The translations under genes were made by a program, and so were the position numbers. Below the pieces are notes generated by a model. That model had not been told where the DNA came from, ran no database searches, and saw only the letters and a list, made by a program, of their open reading frames with translations. From Enterococcus phage VRE9_2: 64,000 nt of DNA. The stretch lies in sequence record PP680568.1; one strand, given 5' to 3'. Below, in pieces: positions 31,001 to 39,253 of this stretch; within the stretch, counting starts at the first letter, position 1, and each line of letters begins with the position of its first letter.

Positions 31001-32657
31001 TTGGTTAAATAATGAAGATGGTTCTACAATCATTGACTGGATTTATCAAATTACCCAAAAAACTTCTGATGATTCTATTGTTCAAACTGTAGTGGGTTCA
31101 GAAGATATGTCGAAAATATATGCTAAAACTGATGCGGTTGATGAATTAAGTAATGCTAACCATGAATTATCAGATAAATTAGAAGAATACAATAAACAAA
31201 TGCAAGATGCTTTTGCTGGAATTGATACAACGTATGTAAATAAATCAGAATTTGAACAAGAAATGAATAAATTCAATTTTGGTATTGATAAAGCTGGTGG
31301 GGTTAACTTAATTAGAAACTCAACAGGTTTCCAATGGGAAGATACAGCACCTAGTGATGAAATGTTAACAAATCCTAAATTTGAAGGAACGATTTCAACT
31401 ACTGGATTAGATAATGGTTGGGTGTACAATGCTGCAGGTATAGGTCAAGTTATAGGAGCAGAAAGCGATTTCCCAGAAAATAAAATTATGCGTATTGGTG
31501 GAACAAATTCGCCAACTAAATACAGCTATAGTAAAAATGTTCCTGTCTCACCAGGACAGTTAATTAATATTTCTGGACAAGTACGTATTCCAAATACAAT
31601 TGGAGATACCAAAAATGCTTATCTATCAATTAGATTTTATGCTGCTGGAAGTGATCCATCATTTAATGCTGCTTCACAAACAATTGGCAATGGACAAGGT
31701 GTTATTACTCTATTTACAGATAAAACAAATTTTGCTGGAACAGTATTTGGAACAGACTCTTATACTGTAAAAACAAATAATATTGTTCAAGATATCTGGA
31801 GTAATTACTCTATTAATATAACTATACCAACTGGAGCAGCATTTATGAAAGTATTGTTATACAATGATTCAACAACTCCTACTAATTATTTTGACTTCAG
31901 AAAACCTAGCGTAGTTTTATATTCTGGAATGTTTGATTTCTGGCATAAAAATGATTCAGCTAATGCCCAAATTAGACAAATTTTAGGTGACGAATCACTA
32001 GAAGAACTTGGTTTAATTGCTGGTTTTGAATTGAAAGGTTTAAGATATAAACTAGACCAAGATATTCTTTTACCTAACCCAAATACAGAATATACTCTAA
32101 GCTGGTATGCTAATAAAATTAGTCAAACAGGAACAAGCAAATACTATGTAAAAGTATTAAATACAAAAACTGGAGCAGAAATAGCTGTTTCAGAAGCTTC
32201 TGCTGACACTATTGGATATCAACGAATGTCTGTTACTTTTTCAGTAACTAACACAAGTGCAGTTACTATTAGAATTGGTTTAGAAGGAGAAGGAAGCGCA
32301 GATGCAACATTATCCGCAGCAGGATTAATGATTAACATTGGTCCATATCCTCTCTCTTGGCAGTCTCATCATGAAGAAGTATATTCTACAAATGTTCGGA
32401 TTGATAGTAGTGGTTTGAAAGTATTTAATTCTGATTACGATGGATACAATGTAATGACTCCTAGAGAGTTCGCAGGTTATTATCGTAATGGAGAAGTTTA
32501 TGAAAGAGTATTTACTCTAAACAAAGATACAACGAAAGTTAAAAAATTAGAAGCGCAAGAAAGATTTATGATGAGACCTGTGCAAATTGTATCGGTTGAT
32601 TCTCCAACTATTCAAGGTTGGGCCTTTGTTGGATACAATGGTGAAGATACTGACTAA
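25056..32657 (+). CDS. Giant tail fibre / adhesin-like protein (2533 aa) with repeated modules
   Basis: At least 8 repeats of a Y-x-G-x-Y...dP(s/t)xYxW(s/t)xIKGEDG motif. Short collagen-like GXY runs (GIPGKDGVDG, GKDGLPGAPGEDG). Three EEGxxATPYQPN / EEGESEEPTPWVPP junction motifs. An internal ~180-aa module duplication. Confidence 0.7.
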   Translation: MALTQVGTASAGISKVIDGQNQYIFWRFSANPDGNPMTEKPTEDTKYMGVYTSTQNKPSDNPSEYIWTKIKGEDGSDGQNSYSGILTDELIAVNTDSDGNNGNFSKASTSIILFEGSRENTSEWTISVEVTAGIQGSLTASKDTYKVSAMTVDSGEITFTAKYKTITLTKVAKIVKVKQGAAGIPGKDGVDGRTQYTHIAYADNESGQGLSFNPANKKYIGMYVDFTETNSSDPTKYKWSLIKGEDGKDGLPGAPGEDGRTPYFHTAYTNSTDFGTYDYSGNPNLMKNITNDSWTAEGAMKITAADDYLELVKDTAGRFGTAKIHNIPALRTNSQYTTSLEFYLKSGTSTEDLKKCNIAIEATNTSGQVYYSVIYMNNIPKMDEWVDLTSTFTTNTYTDNLTNWKFRVYVHPDVSVSMRIRNSIKVEEGSKATPYQPNIKGAPWYFSTVPLGENIADKTVKFPINVNTYKVYQGDMLESFEVGQTYTVTIKGRKPAQKTFSAYNAGTVFLGNLTPVEGLSDVWTSTFKVSSINSGYPNRLQIYQLPNDNQYGDVQIDWVKIEKSPVSTPNIDAYKYLGNYTDYEQEDSLNPTKYKWNLIKGEDGSNGTNSFLHVAWANTNEFPEFVKNARPNVLRTADKISMFSNNGAIYPTDSYWLTDEDGRVFNRAERSNLDLNPNKFSVYNGIGTVYKSTDPINSGDLTMPIGGKKIVISGKWRASKEVRLVIMAKVIADGVTKALPRDGEVVTVSTEWKTFSTVLDYVDPKTSTIRFLPSSDTNGWTSAEGVQLDQKDLKIEIVEEGESEEPTPWVPPITRGLFNPKNIFEGGNNRQPNAYQGAVATVTKNVEVPEWGVKDAWTFKTTGGTNVIKATLGIKQTGASLADGNTFYRSNFHVKNNHETYPLHIIANGGTSVVIPPKKSGYFGTPINQHAAKNNLQWNFQVADAARDVDFTMWNPEFYAYDIKHDFTEEEPNESRLYLGTYTDSNLNASGNPADYEWNKVKGDTGESAKTLILSASSNTVKINQDSSVQSDTITLQANMQNMVGTATFSAIPYIGTTPQTAITLGGAGNIRTFSTSSWNKNWTSLVVTATFESFIDKQTIISVKEGKDGADSITGLLTNESVTLAADKNGTVESFSEASGTFKVFDGLSDVTGKNVAYTLKSSSGGTFNINTSTGVYNMTAMSKDSATAIFEATYKNIKIEKILNVAKSKAGKETYTYTKYSNSKDFGNYDYSGNPNLSPRLNAACFSSGTGATVSDDNDEIVFALDGTNQLSKYALRAQTPLVEGKQYTISCEIMLEDGFTGDPSGIKLLHAYLPGGITVLQTDTVPKNELNKWQKLIGTRTVTYGSSLPSEWYPLFRDIRNLKPSGKVRLRNIKIEEGSTATPYQPNLLDEPYWLGNTPLNKNIADPAKTFPIKTSSYNIYRGKNTEKYQANQTYTITMKATKPASQQFGVYLLAGAMGVGNMKPVEGLTDVWQLTFKVSQAHIDGGITDVLDVYQLPNTSVGACQIDWLKFEKGDTRTPNIDSYKYMGIYVGGEGEQPHDPTQYAWSQIKGNDSTAYSLLLSSQVMSLPRGASKLVPENITISGMAQTGEKSIENIKSRIVVEETTNGTTWTTKYDADALTYTYTPSSLNVLSARVKMYVAGAKNVQLDQKSINIVKDGSNGSNGSSSYTWVRYSENANGNPMTTTPNSKTKYIGIAITQTSTAPSAYGDYTWSRIKGSGGLVAKVYSNGGTNIEQSPIQINVETQSDGDIVEPDKVTWYMSKDSSVEWTAITAGNGITLNKKYIVVEPVVFLEANSISFKAQVEYNSMAAFDYMTVNNGSFDAMKPLILRQPTAPLNPYPGLLWLDTSSGSGDPLDKTNPSLVYRWGKSAVESVIGTEYAHYAYANTPTGYQEDGVTPDPSFSVTYNSSQKPMYIGYCVTDTEPDPTTPNSYNWKSITTEDGSEDVNGAKGIAQEKTETTYEWGWVVLSASDLEMLPWLNNEDGSTIIDWIYQITQKTSDDSIVQTVVGSEDMSKIYAKTDAVDELSNANHELSDKLEEYNKQMQDAFAGIDTTYVNKSEFEQEMNKFNFGIDKAGGVNLIRNSTGFQWEDTAPSDEMLTNPKFEGTISTTGLDNGWVYNAAGIGQVIGAESDFPENKIMRIGGTNSPTKYSYSKNVPVSPGQLINISGQVRIPNTIGDTKNAYLSIRFYAAGSDPSFNAASQTIGNGQGVITLFTDKTNFAGTVFGTDSYTVKTNNIVQDIWSNYSINITIPTGAAFMKVLLYNDSTTPTNYFDFRKPSVVLYSGMFDFWHKNDSANAQIRQILGDESLEELGLIAGFELKGLRYKLDQDILLPNPNTEYTLSWYANKISQTGTSKYYVKVLNTKTGAEIAVSEASADTIGYQRMSVTFSVTNTSAVTIRIGLEGEGSADATLSAAGLMINIGPYPLSWQSHHEEVYSTNVRIDSSGLKVFNSDYDGYNVMTPREFAGYYRNGEVYERVFTLNKDTTKVKKLEAQERFMMRPVQIVSVDSPTIQGWAFVGYNGEDTD

Positions 32658-32661
32658 AAAT

Positions 32662-32704
32662 AAATGGTCATTCCTAATTATTTGGGAGTGACCATTTCTT
32701 ATTT
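32662..32704 (+). terminator. Rho-independent terminator after the fibre gene
   Basis: Stem AATGGTCA/TGACCATT with a long loop, T-rich tail. Confidence 0.45.
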
Positions 32705-32739
32705 CCCAAGAGAGAAGAGGAAAAGGAGGAAATTTAATA

Positions 32740-35118
32740 ATGGCAACAAGTGGAGAGAAATATACTGCTTTTGCTCGACATCGTTTAAATTGTAGATGGT
32801 CGATAAATCGACAAGATATTGCTGGTAACTATACCATTGTCACCGGTTTTTTATATTTACAATCTATGGACGCTTACGGAGCTATTCAGGCTTCTGCTGT
32901 AGGTCAAGCACAAGTTACAATTAATGGACAAAAACAAACTGAAAACGCAACTTCTCAATTAAGTGCGCGTCAAAATAAATTATTACTAGCTAAAGATTAT
33001 CGAGTAGGACATAATAATGATGGTTCAAAAACGACTACTGTTTCTGGGAGCTATTTTGTAAATGTTACATTCGCAGGAGTTTATTATGGAACAATATCGG
33101 TTGGGAATTTCAATGCAAGCTTACCTAAAATTCCTAGACACAGTTCTTTGAATGCAGTACCAACATTTACAGTTCCTAATGGATGTTCTTTTTCTATTAG
33201 TAGACAATCTAATTTTACTCATAATCTAACTTTTTGGGTCCAAAATAGAGCAAACCCTAATTTATCAGATGATAGTCATTGGACTTATTTAACTAATGTA
33301 GATAATGTTGCTACAAGTGGTAAATTTAATTTTACAGATGGACAACTAGCGACTATTGCACAAAGGATTAAACAATTTGCTGGTAATGGTGGAAATATCC
33401 TAGGAAAAGTTAAATTATGGACGAATGGCGTATCCGGTCTTAGCCAACAACGAACAGTTCAGATTGCTCATCCAGCACCAGTAACACCTAAGTTAGCAAG
33501 CTTTAAATTAACAGCAGGAAACAAACTTGCTATACAATTAGATAATTTTCAATCAAACAATAAATTTAAATATGATATTACATTTAAGTGCGCAGGTTGG
33601 ACTAAATCTTGGAATAATGTAACTACTAATAAAATAGATTGGACTCTAACCCAAGACGAAGTTAACAATATACTTCAAAGATTTACAGGCGCTTCAAAAA
33701 ATGGTTTTGCTATTGAGGCAAATTCAAAATTAGCTGGGAGCCAATATAGGAACACTGTTGGTTCTAGTGGTTCTGCAGAAGTAGATACAAATACAGCATC
33801 TCCCTTAATAACCGAAGGTTTTTCTCATGAAGATACAAATCAGGTGTCTATTGCTATAACAGGTAATAAAAAAATACTTTTAGATAAAAATTCTACTTTA
33901 AGAGTAACAGTTCCTAGTTCAATAATAACAACTAGAGACTATGGTAAGCCAGCTAGTGTTGAGGCATCATTTGCAGGAACCAAAAAAACAGTTAATTATG
34001 CAGAAGGAAATATGGTTTTAGACTTTGGTATTATTACAGGAACAACAGGGAACTTAACTGTGACTGCTATTGACAGTCGAGGATTAAAGGGGAGTGCTTC
34101 TTATGAAGTTACGGTACTTCCATATAATATGCCTGTAATTAATTTTAATGTAAGAAGAAATAACAGTTTTGAAACAGATACTTTAGTTTCAGGTACTTCT
34201 ATTTGGTCTCCTGTTGATGGAAAAAATAAAATTTTATCTGTACAATATCAAATAAGTGGTTCAGACAAGGTAGATATTCCTTTTACTACAGCAGCAAATG
34301 TTTTAAGTATTACAGCGCAAACATTGCCACTGGACAATTCTCAATCTTGGACAGTTACGATATTTATTACAGATAAAACTGGAACATATTCTAGATCGTA
34401 TAATATTACAGAAGGTAAACCCCTAATGTTTATCGACCCAAACCGCAAATCTGTTTCTTTTGGAGATTTTCCAACAACTGGTGAAGAAAGAGGATTACCT
34501 GGCGTTATAGAAATTGAGGCAGAAAGATATCATGATTCAGGCAAAACTGGTATTCAAATGAATAATAGTGATATCTCTGGTCTAAATGGAATATTCTTTT
34601 CTAATGATACAATGAATAATCATGGAGAAGGCTTACATTTTATTAAAAGTGGTAAACCTGTTAATTCTAATAATTTAGATGATTACGACTATGTTTATAT
34701 GAGAGATGGCTCTCTCTATATTAATAATGATAGCGTTCCACTCTTTACTATCAATCCAGAAAAATCTGGTTTTGTAGAGAAAAAATTATGGTCTGGGGCT
34801 TGGTATATCGGTAATACTCAAAGAACAACTATATCTAAAAGTATTTATGCTTGCCCGAATGGTTGGGCATTATTCTTTTCTAAATATTCTAATGGAACAG
34901 CGTCTGATGTAGACTCCGTATGCGTACTTCTTCATAAAGCTACCATACAATCGACCGGTACTAATCATAAACGTGTACTAGTTTCGACATATGCTAATAC
35001 AATAGCAGTTAAAGCTTTTCATATCGAAGACCACGGAAAAACAATTGTAGGTTCTAATGACAACAATAATTCAGGAGAAGGTGCTAAAACAGTATTAAGG
35101 GCGGTGTATGAATGGTGA
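32740..35118 (+). CDS. Putative receptor-binding / tail fibre protein (792 aa)
   Basis: Beta-rich and N/T/S-rich. Follows the giant fibre. Last gene before the small accessory genes and the lysis cassette, which is a typical RBP position. Confidence 0.45.
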   Translation: MATSGEKYTAFARHRLNCRWSINRQDIAGNYTIVTGFLYLQSMDAYGAIQASAVGQAQVTINGQKQTENATSQLSARQNKLLLAKDYRVGHNNDGSKTTTVSGSYFVNVTFAGVYYGTISVGNFNASLPKIPRHSSLNAVPTFTVPNGCSFSISRQSNFTHNLTFWVQNRANPNLSDDSHWTYLTNVDNVATSGKFNFTDGQLATIAQRIKQFAGNGGNILGKVKLWTNGVSGLSQQRTVQIAHPAPVTPKLASFKLTAGNKLAIQLDNFQSNNKFKYDITFKCAGWTKSWNNVTTNKIDWTLTQDEVNNILQRFTGASKNGFAIEANSKLAGSQYRNTVGSSGSAEVDTNTASPLITEGFSHEDTNQVSIAITGNKKILLDKNSTLRVTVPSSIITTRDYGKPASVEASFAGTKKTVNYAEGNMVLDFGIITGTTGNLTVTAIDSRGLKGSASYEVTVLPYNMPVINFNVRRNNSFETDTLVSGTSIWSPVDGKNKILSVQYQISGSDKVDIPFTTAANVLSITAQTLPLDNSQSWTVTIFITDKTGTYSRSYNITEGKPLMFIDPNRKSVSFGDFPTTGEERGLPGVIEIEAERYHDSGKTGIQMNNSDISGLNGIFFSNDTMNNHGEGLHFIKSGKPVNSNNLDDYDYVYMRDGSLYINNDSVPLFTINPEKSGFVEKKLWSGAWYIGNTQRTTISKSIYACPNGWALFFSKYSNGTASDVDSVCVLLHKATIQSTGTNHKRVLVSTYANTIAVKAFHIEDHGKTIVGSNDNNNSGEGAKTVLRAVYEW

Positions 35119-35864
35119 CAAAAGAGAATGAATATAAAGATATAGTGCTTGTTTTAGACGAAAATAATTTTGTTGAACAATGGGCGGAGAATTTGAGTGG
35201 AGAAGGAAATTTTTTTCCGATAACGCTTCCCTCAGATCATCCTTTTTTCTATAATAACATAGCTTCTTTTAAACTTGAAAATTCTGAATTAGTTTTTGTT
35301 GAAGATAAATATATTGAGAATACAAAAAAGATTCAAAAGAATAATTTAGAGATAGCCTGTAAAGAAAAAATTTTAGAAGGTTTTGAATATGAATTTGAAG
35401 GAGAATTTTATCATATAAGTTATTCTGAAAATAAACAAAGTAGGTTTGAAGAAACAAAAACCCTTTTTTCTACAAAAACAATAAACATTATTGATTGGGA
35501 ATTTATTCAAAATAATGGTACTATAGTTATTAAAACATTAGATGAATTAGAATTTTTAACTTTGTATACTTTTGCTAGTATGGTAAAAATGAATAAAATC
35601 AATAAGTTAAATAATAATTTATTCTCTCTTATTGATAATGCAAAAACAGAAGAAGAGATATTGTCGATAAACTGGAATTCTGTGAAAGACGTCTTACCTG
35701 AAAAACCAATTATTGATTTAAATGGAGATGGCGAGATTAGCCAAGAAGAATTTGATGCTTTGATGAAAGAAAATAAAGAACTTAAACAAAAAGTAGAATT
35801 AAATGAAATGGCTTTAGTTGATGCTATTAATATGTTATCTAATATGATTATCGGACAATCTTAA
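35112..35864 (+). CDS. EF-hand-containing protein, translationally coupled to the RBP-like gene (possible fibre chaperone/assembly factor)
   Basis: ATGGTGA overlap with the upstream stop. Canonical 12-residue EF-hand loop DLNGDGEISQEE followed by FDALMKENKELKQKVELNEMAL coiled-coil. Confidence 0.45.
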   Translation: MVTKENEYKDIVLVLDENNFVEQWAENLSGEGNFFPITLPSDHPFFYNNIASFKLENSELVFVEDKYIENTKKIQKNNLEIACKEKILEGFEYEFEGEFYHISYSENKQSRFEETKTLFSTKTINIIDWEFIQNNGTIVIKTLDELEFLTLYTFASMVKMNKINKLNNNLFSLIDNAKTEEEILSINWNSVKDVLPEKPIIDLNGDGEISQEEFDALMKENKELKQKVELNEMALVDAINMLSNMIIGQS

Positions 35865-35879
35865 AGGAGGTGATTATTA

Positions 35880-36032
35880 ATGTATCCATATTTAGCAATT
35901 TTTTACGCAAGTCTTATTATCAAAGACCCAGAAGGTTGGAAAGGAAAAGAAAACCAAATTCCGGCTATGATTCGAGAAGATGTTATGAAACTTGTAGATG
36001 AAATGACAAAAAAAGACGTACCCGCCGAGTAA
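35880..36032 (+). CDS. Small 50-aa protein upstream of the holin
   Basis: RBS AAAGGAGGTG 7 nt before the ATG. Not in the ORF track because it is under 60 aa. Confidence 0.35.
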   Translation: MYPYLAIFYASLIIKDPEGWKGKENQIPAMIREDVMKLVDEMTKKDVPAE

Positions 36033-36119
36033 TATTATTTGGTTTAGGAATGCTAGTAGGTTTTTTATTAGCTCTTCTACTCTTTTAATCTCGGCAAAAA
36101 TTAAGGAGGAAATAAAATT

Positions 36120-36449
36120 ATGGCAAATATTGATATGAGTCAAATTCAAGATGTTTTCGCTGCTTTAGTAGCATTTGGTGGTATCTTGGCACCAATCGTA
36201 TTTTATATTATTCAATTAATCAAACCTTTTATCCCTAGCGATTATACTAAATTAATCGCAGTAGTTTTAGGAGGAGGTATCGGAGCAGTATTAGTAGCAA
36301 TTGCTCCTGCTCTTGGAATTGTAGGACTTAACTATATTGTTGGTATAATTGGTGGTTTAATCGGTGGTTATATTGCAACTAACCAATTTGATACTGCTGC
36401 TAAAAAAGGCTTTGAAAAAGGTCTAGACGAAACTAAAACAGAAAAATAA
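36120..36449 (+). CDS. Holin
   Basis: 109 aa. Two or three predicted TM helices (ALVAFGGILAPIVFYIIQLI; LIAVVLGGGIGAVLVAIAPALGIVGL; IVGIIGGLIGGYIA). Charged C-terminus. Immediately upstream of the lysin. Confidence 0.7.
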   Translation: MANIDMSQIQDVFAALVAFGGILAPIVFYIIQLIKPFIPSDYTKLIAVVLGGGIGAVLVAIAPALGIVGLNYIVGIIGGLIGGYIATNQFDTAAKKGFEKGLDETKTEK

Positions 36450-36463
36450 ATAAAATAAATCAA

Positions 36464-36492
36464 TAGGCTGTCATTGTACAGCCTATTTTTTT
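36464..36492 (+). terminator. Hairpin plus T7 between holin and lysin (probable attenuator/terminator)
   Basis: Stem TAGGCTGT/ACAGCCTA, loop CATTGT, then TTTTTTT. Confidence 0.5.
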
Positions 36493-36526
36493 ACATTAAA
36501 GAGAGTATTTATAAGGAGGTATATAA

Positions 36527-38959
36527 ATGGCTTTTACAGATGATTTTTTAAAAAAGATAAAAGGCGGAGCTTATGCTAGTTGGAAAAACTACAAAGTTTT
36601 ACCTTCTGTTGTTGCCGCTCAGGCAGCATTAGAATCAAACTGGGGTAGAAGTTCTTTAGCAACCCAAGGGAAAAATCTGTTTGGGGTAAAAGGAAGCTAT
36701 AAAGGGCAATCTATTGTTTTTCCTACCCAAGAGTGGACTGGTGGGGGATATGTAACTATTAATGACGCCTTTGCTAAGTATCCTAGCTGGGACGTTTCCA
36801 TTGTAGAACATGGTAAATTAATTGCAGAAAATGCTCGTTATCGTGCTGCTATTGGGAAAACAGATCCTTTAGCCCAAATTACAGCAATTTGGAGTGCTGG
36901 TTATGCAACAGACCCTGCTTATCCAAGCAAAATTATGTCAGTTATTAATGCTAACAATTTAAGGGCATGGGATTTAGACGCTTTTTCTGGTGGAGATGGC
37001 GGAGGATTTAGTGGAGATATAGGTGGAGGAAATGGTTATAAAAATTTTTCTGAAAATCTTATCAAGAAAAATGGCACTACAAGACCAGGATTCAAATTAG
37101 AAGCCATGCAAGCAATTGTAGTTCATGATATTCAAAGCAGTTCTAATTTAGGTGGAATAAGAAATATTCTTAATTCTGGAAATGGTGGACAAAAAATGGG
37201 CTATCACGTTATTGTATCAGAGAATGATGCCCAGTTAGTAGTACCTTTTACAGAAGGAGTTTATCATGCAGAGAGAGGCAAAAGCTTAGTTGCTGGTATG
37301 AGCAATCCAAATAAAAAAACTATCTCTATTGGAGTAGTAACAAAACGTTCATTATCTAATTTTTCTACTAATTTAAATATTAAATTAGCCTTAGTTATTG
37401 CAGAAATATGTAGAACATATAAAATACCTGCAACCGCTGTTTTACCAGCTTGGCAAGTAGATGGTGTAAACGAACCTATTAGCTGGTATAATAATCCTTT
37501 CTTATATACTGCTTTTGTAGGAATGGTAAGTGATGCGATTGAAAAGGGAGAAGATGTAATCACAAATCCTGACTACAATAGTGGCGGAGGAGGAACTGGC
37601 GCTGATGGTTTAATACCAAATGGAGAAGGCGCAATTAAAAATATTATTAAAGAAGCTAATGATTTACTTGGTTCAATGACTTATTCTTGGACAAGACCTG
37701 CTCAAATAAGAAAGGGAGGTTTTGGAGACTGTTCTTCTTTTTGTCAATATTTATATCAAAAACACGCAAATGTTGATATAGGAAGTTATACTGATGCCCA
37801 ATGGTTCGGAAGCTGGGGTAAAAAAGTAGATGTTAAAGATGCTAGAGCAGGAGATTTAATTTTCTTTGCTGGAACATATGCAACTAATATGACAACTACC
37901 CATATTGGTATTGTAATTGGTGGAGGGAAGATGATTGATTTTGGTTCTACACCAGGTCCAAAATTAAATAATTATAATGATAGTTATTGGGGACCAAAAA
38001 TTTATGGCGTAAAACGAATTTTTTCCGATGCAGATTATAATCAATCTCAATCAGGCGGAGAAGATTCTTCAAAACCTACAATCGATCCTAAAGGAACTTA
38101 TGTTGTGAATGTTAAAAAATCAGTTGTTGCAACCAATGCTGATGTTGGTGGAGTATCTCAAAGAAGATTATCTTCTAATGAAGTTTATAGAGTACAAGAA
38201 ATTGGTAAAACTAGTTTACAATTAGCTTCTAATGAATTATGGGTGCCTAAGAGTAGTGACGCAATAACAGTTTCACGATTATCTACACCATCATCTCCTA
38301 TTGGGGCTATTTCAACTAAATTACCTACAAAGGTATATTCTGCTCCTACTTATGTAGCTGAACCAGCAATGGAGAAAGGAACACCAAGAATTCTTCCTGA
38401 AAAAACAAGTATGAATATTTACGCTGTAGAGAATGGTTTCGCTCAAGTGGATTTAGAAAAAAATCATTGGGCTGTAGCTAATTCTACATATGCGACTTTG
38501 AATATTGATTTATCTGAAGAGTTTGTAGAGGATATTAATTTTGAGCAAGGTATTCCAACCTCAACCACTGTAAGAGGACGTTATGAACCAGAAGACTTTA
38601 TTACAGTAGAAAATAGTTTACCAATTAAAAATGGACTAGCTGTAATTGCTCATCCAGATTTATTAGATATTGGTTCAGTAATTAATATAGAAATTCCATC
38701 AGCAACTAAATATAATAGAAAAGCAGTTGTTGTATCAAATAAATTAAACGATTCAGATGGAAATGTATTAGAATTGATATTTACAAATCAAGGAGATCAA
38801 TATAATTTTGGAGGAAGAACTGGAATTATTACATTATTAGAAGTATTAGACAATGATGTAGATATTACAAAATTTATGAATAATCCAGAAGATTATGAAC
38901 AAACTAAAGCTATTCCTCCGAAAACTCCAGAAGGAGGTATGTTAGGTGAGCCAAAGTAA
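36527..38959 (+). CDS. Multidomain peptidoglycan hydrolase (endolysin): glucosaminidase + amidase_2 + NlpC/P60, with C-terminal cell-wall-binding region
   Basis: aa ~25-150 resemble a mannosyl-glycoprotein endo-beta-N-acetylglucosaminidase domain (AAQAALESNWGRSSLA...LFGVKG...YATDPAYPSKI). aa ~195-300 look like amidase_2/PGRP (GYHVIV...VPF...YHAERG...NKKTISIGVV). aa ~395-475 look like NlpC/P60 with Cys/His (GGFGDCSSFCQYLY ... THIGIVIGGG). The final ~300 aa are probable SH3-like binding repeats. Confidence 0.8.
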   Translation: MAFTDDFLKKIKGGAYASWKNYKVLPSVVAAQAALESNWGRSSLATQGKNLFGVKGSYKGQSIVFPTQEWTGGGYVTINDAFAKYPSWDVSIVEHGKLIAENARYRAAIGKTDPLAQITAIWSAGYATDPAYPSKIMSVINANNLRAWDLDAFSGGDGGGFSGDIGGGNGYKNFSENLIKKNGTTRPGFKLEAMQAIVVHDIQSSSNLGGIRNILNSGNGGQKMGYHVIVSENDAQLVVPFTEGVYHAERGKSLVAGMSNPNKKTISIGVVTKRSLSNFSTNLNIKLALVIAEICRTYKIPATAVLPAWQVDGVNEPISWYNNPFLYTAFVGMVSDAIEKGEDVITNPDYNSGGGGTGADGLIPNGEGAIKNIIKEANDLLGSMTYSWTRPAQIRKGGFGDCSSFCQYLYQKHANVDIGSYTDAQWFGSWGKKVDVKDARAGDLIFFAGTYATNMTTTHIGIVIGGGKMIDFGSTPGPKLNNYNDSYWGPKIYGVKRIFSDADYNQSQSGGEDSSKPTIDPKGTYVVNVKKSVVATNADVGGVSQRRLSSNEVYRVQEIGKTSLQLASNELWVPKSSDAITVSRLSTPSSPIGAISTKLPTKVYSAPTYVAEPAMEKGTPRILPEKTSMNIYAVENGFAQVDLEKNHWAVANSTYATLNIDLSEEFVEDINFEQGIPTSTTVRGRYEPEDFITVENSLPIKNGLAVIAHPDLLDIGSVINIEIPSATKYNRKAVVVSNKLNDSDGNVLELIFTNQGDQYNFGGRTGIITLLEVLDNDVDITKFMNNPEDYEQTKAIPPKTPEGGMLGEPK

Positions 38960-39161
38960 ATCTTTAATTTTAAGAGACCCAAAAGGACAGAATTGGTTGG
39001 TCCGAGTGTATCATGAAGATGGTATCCGTCAATTATACACAACAAAAACTGACGAAGAGGGAGAAAATTCAGTAAGAATTAAAACCTATCAAGGATATTA
39101 TAAACTTAAAATAAGTACTAAAGGACAATTAATAACATTTCCAATTGATTCAATTGGGTAA
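38946..39161 (+). CDS. Small 71-aa protein translationally coupled to the lysin
   Basis: GTG start 7 nt after AGGAGG, overlapping the last codons of the lysin. Confidence 0.4.
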   Translation: MSQSKSLILRDPKGQNWLVRVYHEDGIRQLYTTKTDEEGENSVRIKTYQGYYKLKISTKGQLITFPIDSIG

Positions 39162-39176
39162 TATATAAAAAGAATT

Positions 39177-39214
39177 AGAGGGTATGCAATAACAATGTGC
39201 TTATCCTCTTTTTC
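39177..39214 (+). terminator. Rho-independent terminator after the lysis cassette
   Basis: Stem AGAGGGTA/TATCCTCT (one G-U), then TTTTT. Confidence 0.5.
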
Positions 39215-39253
39215 AATACTTTTAGAGCAAAAAACAAAAGGAGGAAAAGGATA

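Noticed and set aside
25056-32657. Diversity-generating retroelement (template/variable repeat pair) in the giant fibre gene
   Set aside because: The duplicated modules are only about 60% identical outside a 39-bp anchor. Mismatches are not adenine-specific. No reverse transcriptase ORF is present anywhere in the window.
36033-36087. Hydrophobic peptide LFGLGMLVGFLLALLLF in a shifted frame after the 50-aa ORF (possible frameshifted second holin)
   Set aside because: It is 17 codons long. No slippery site or in-frame start with an RBS. The bona fide holin follows at 36120.
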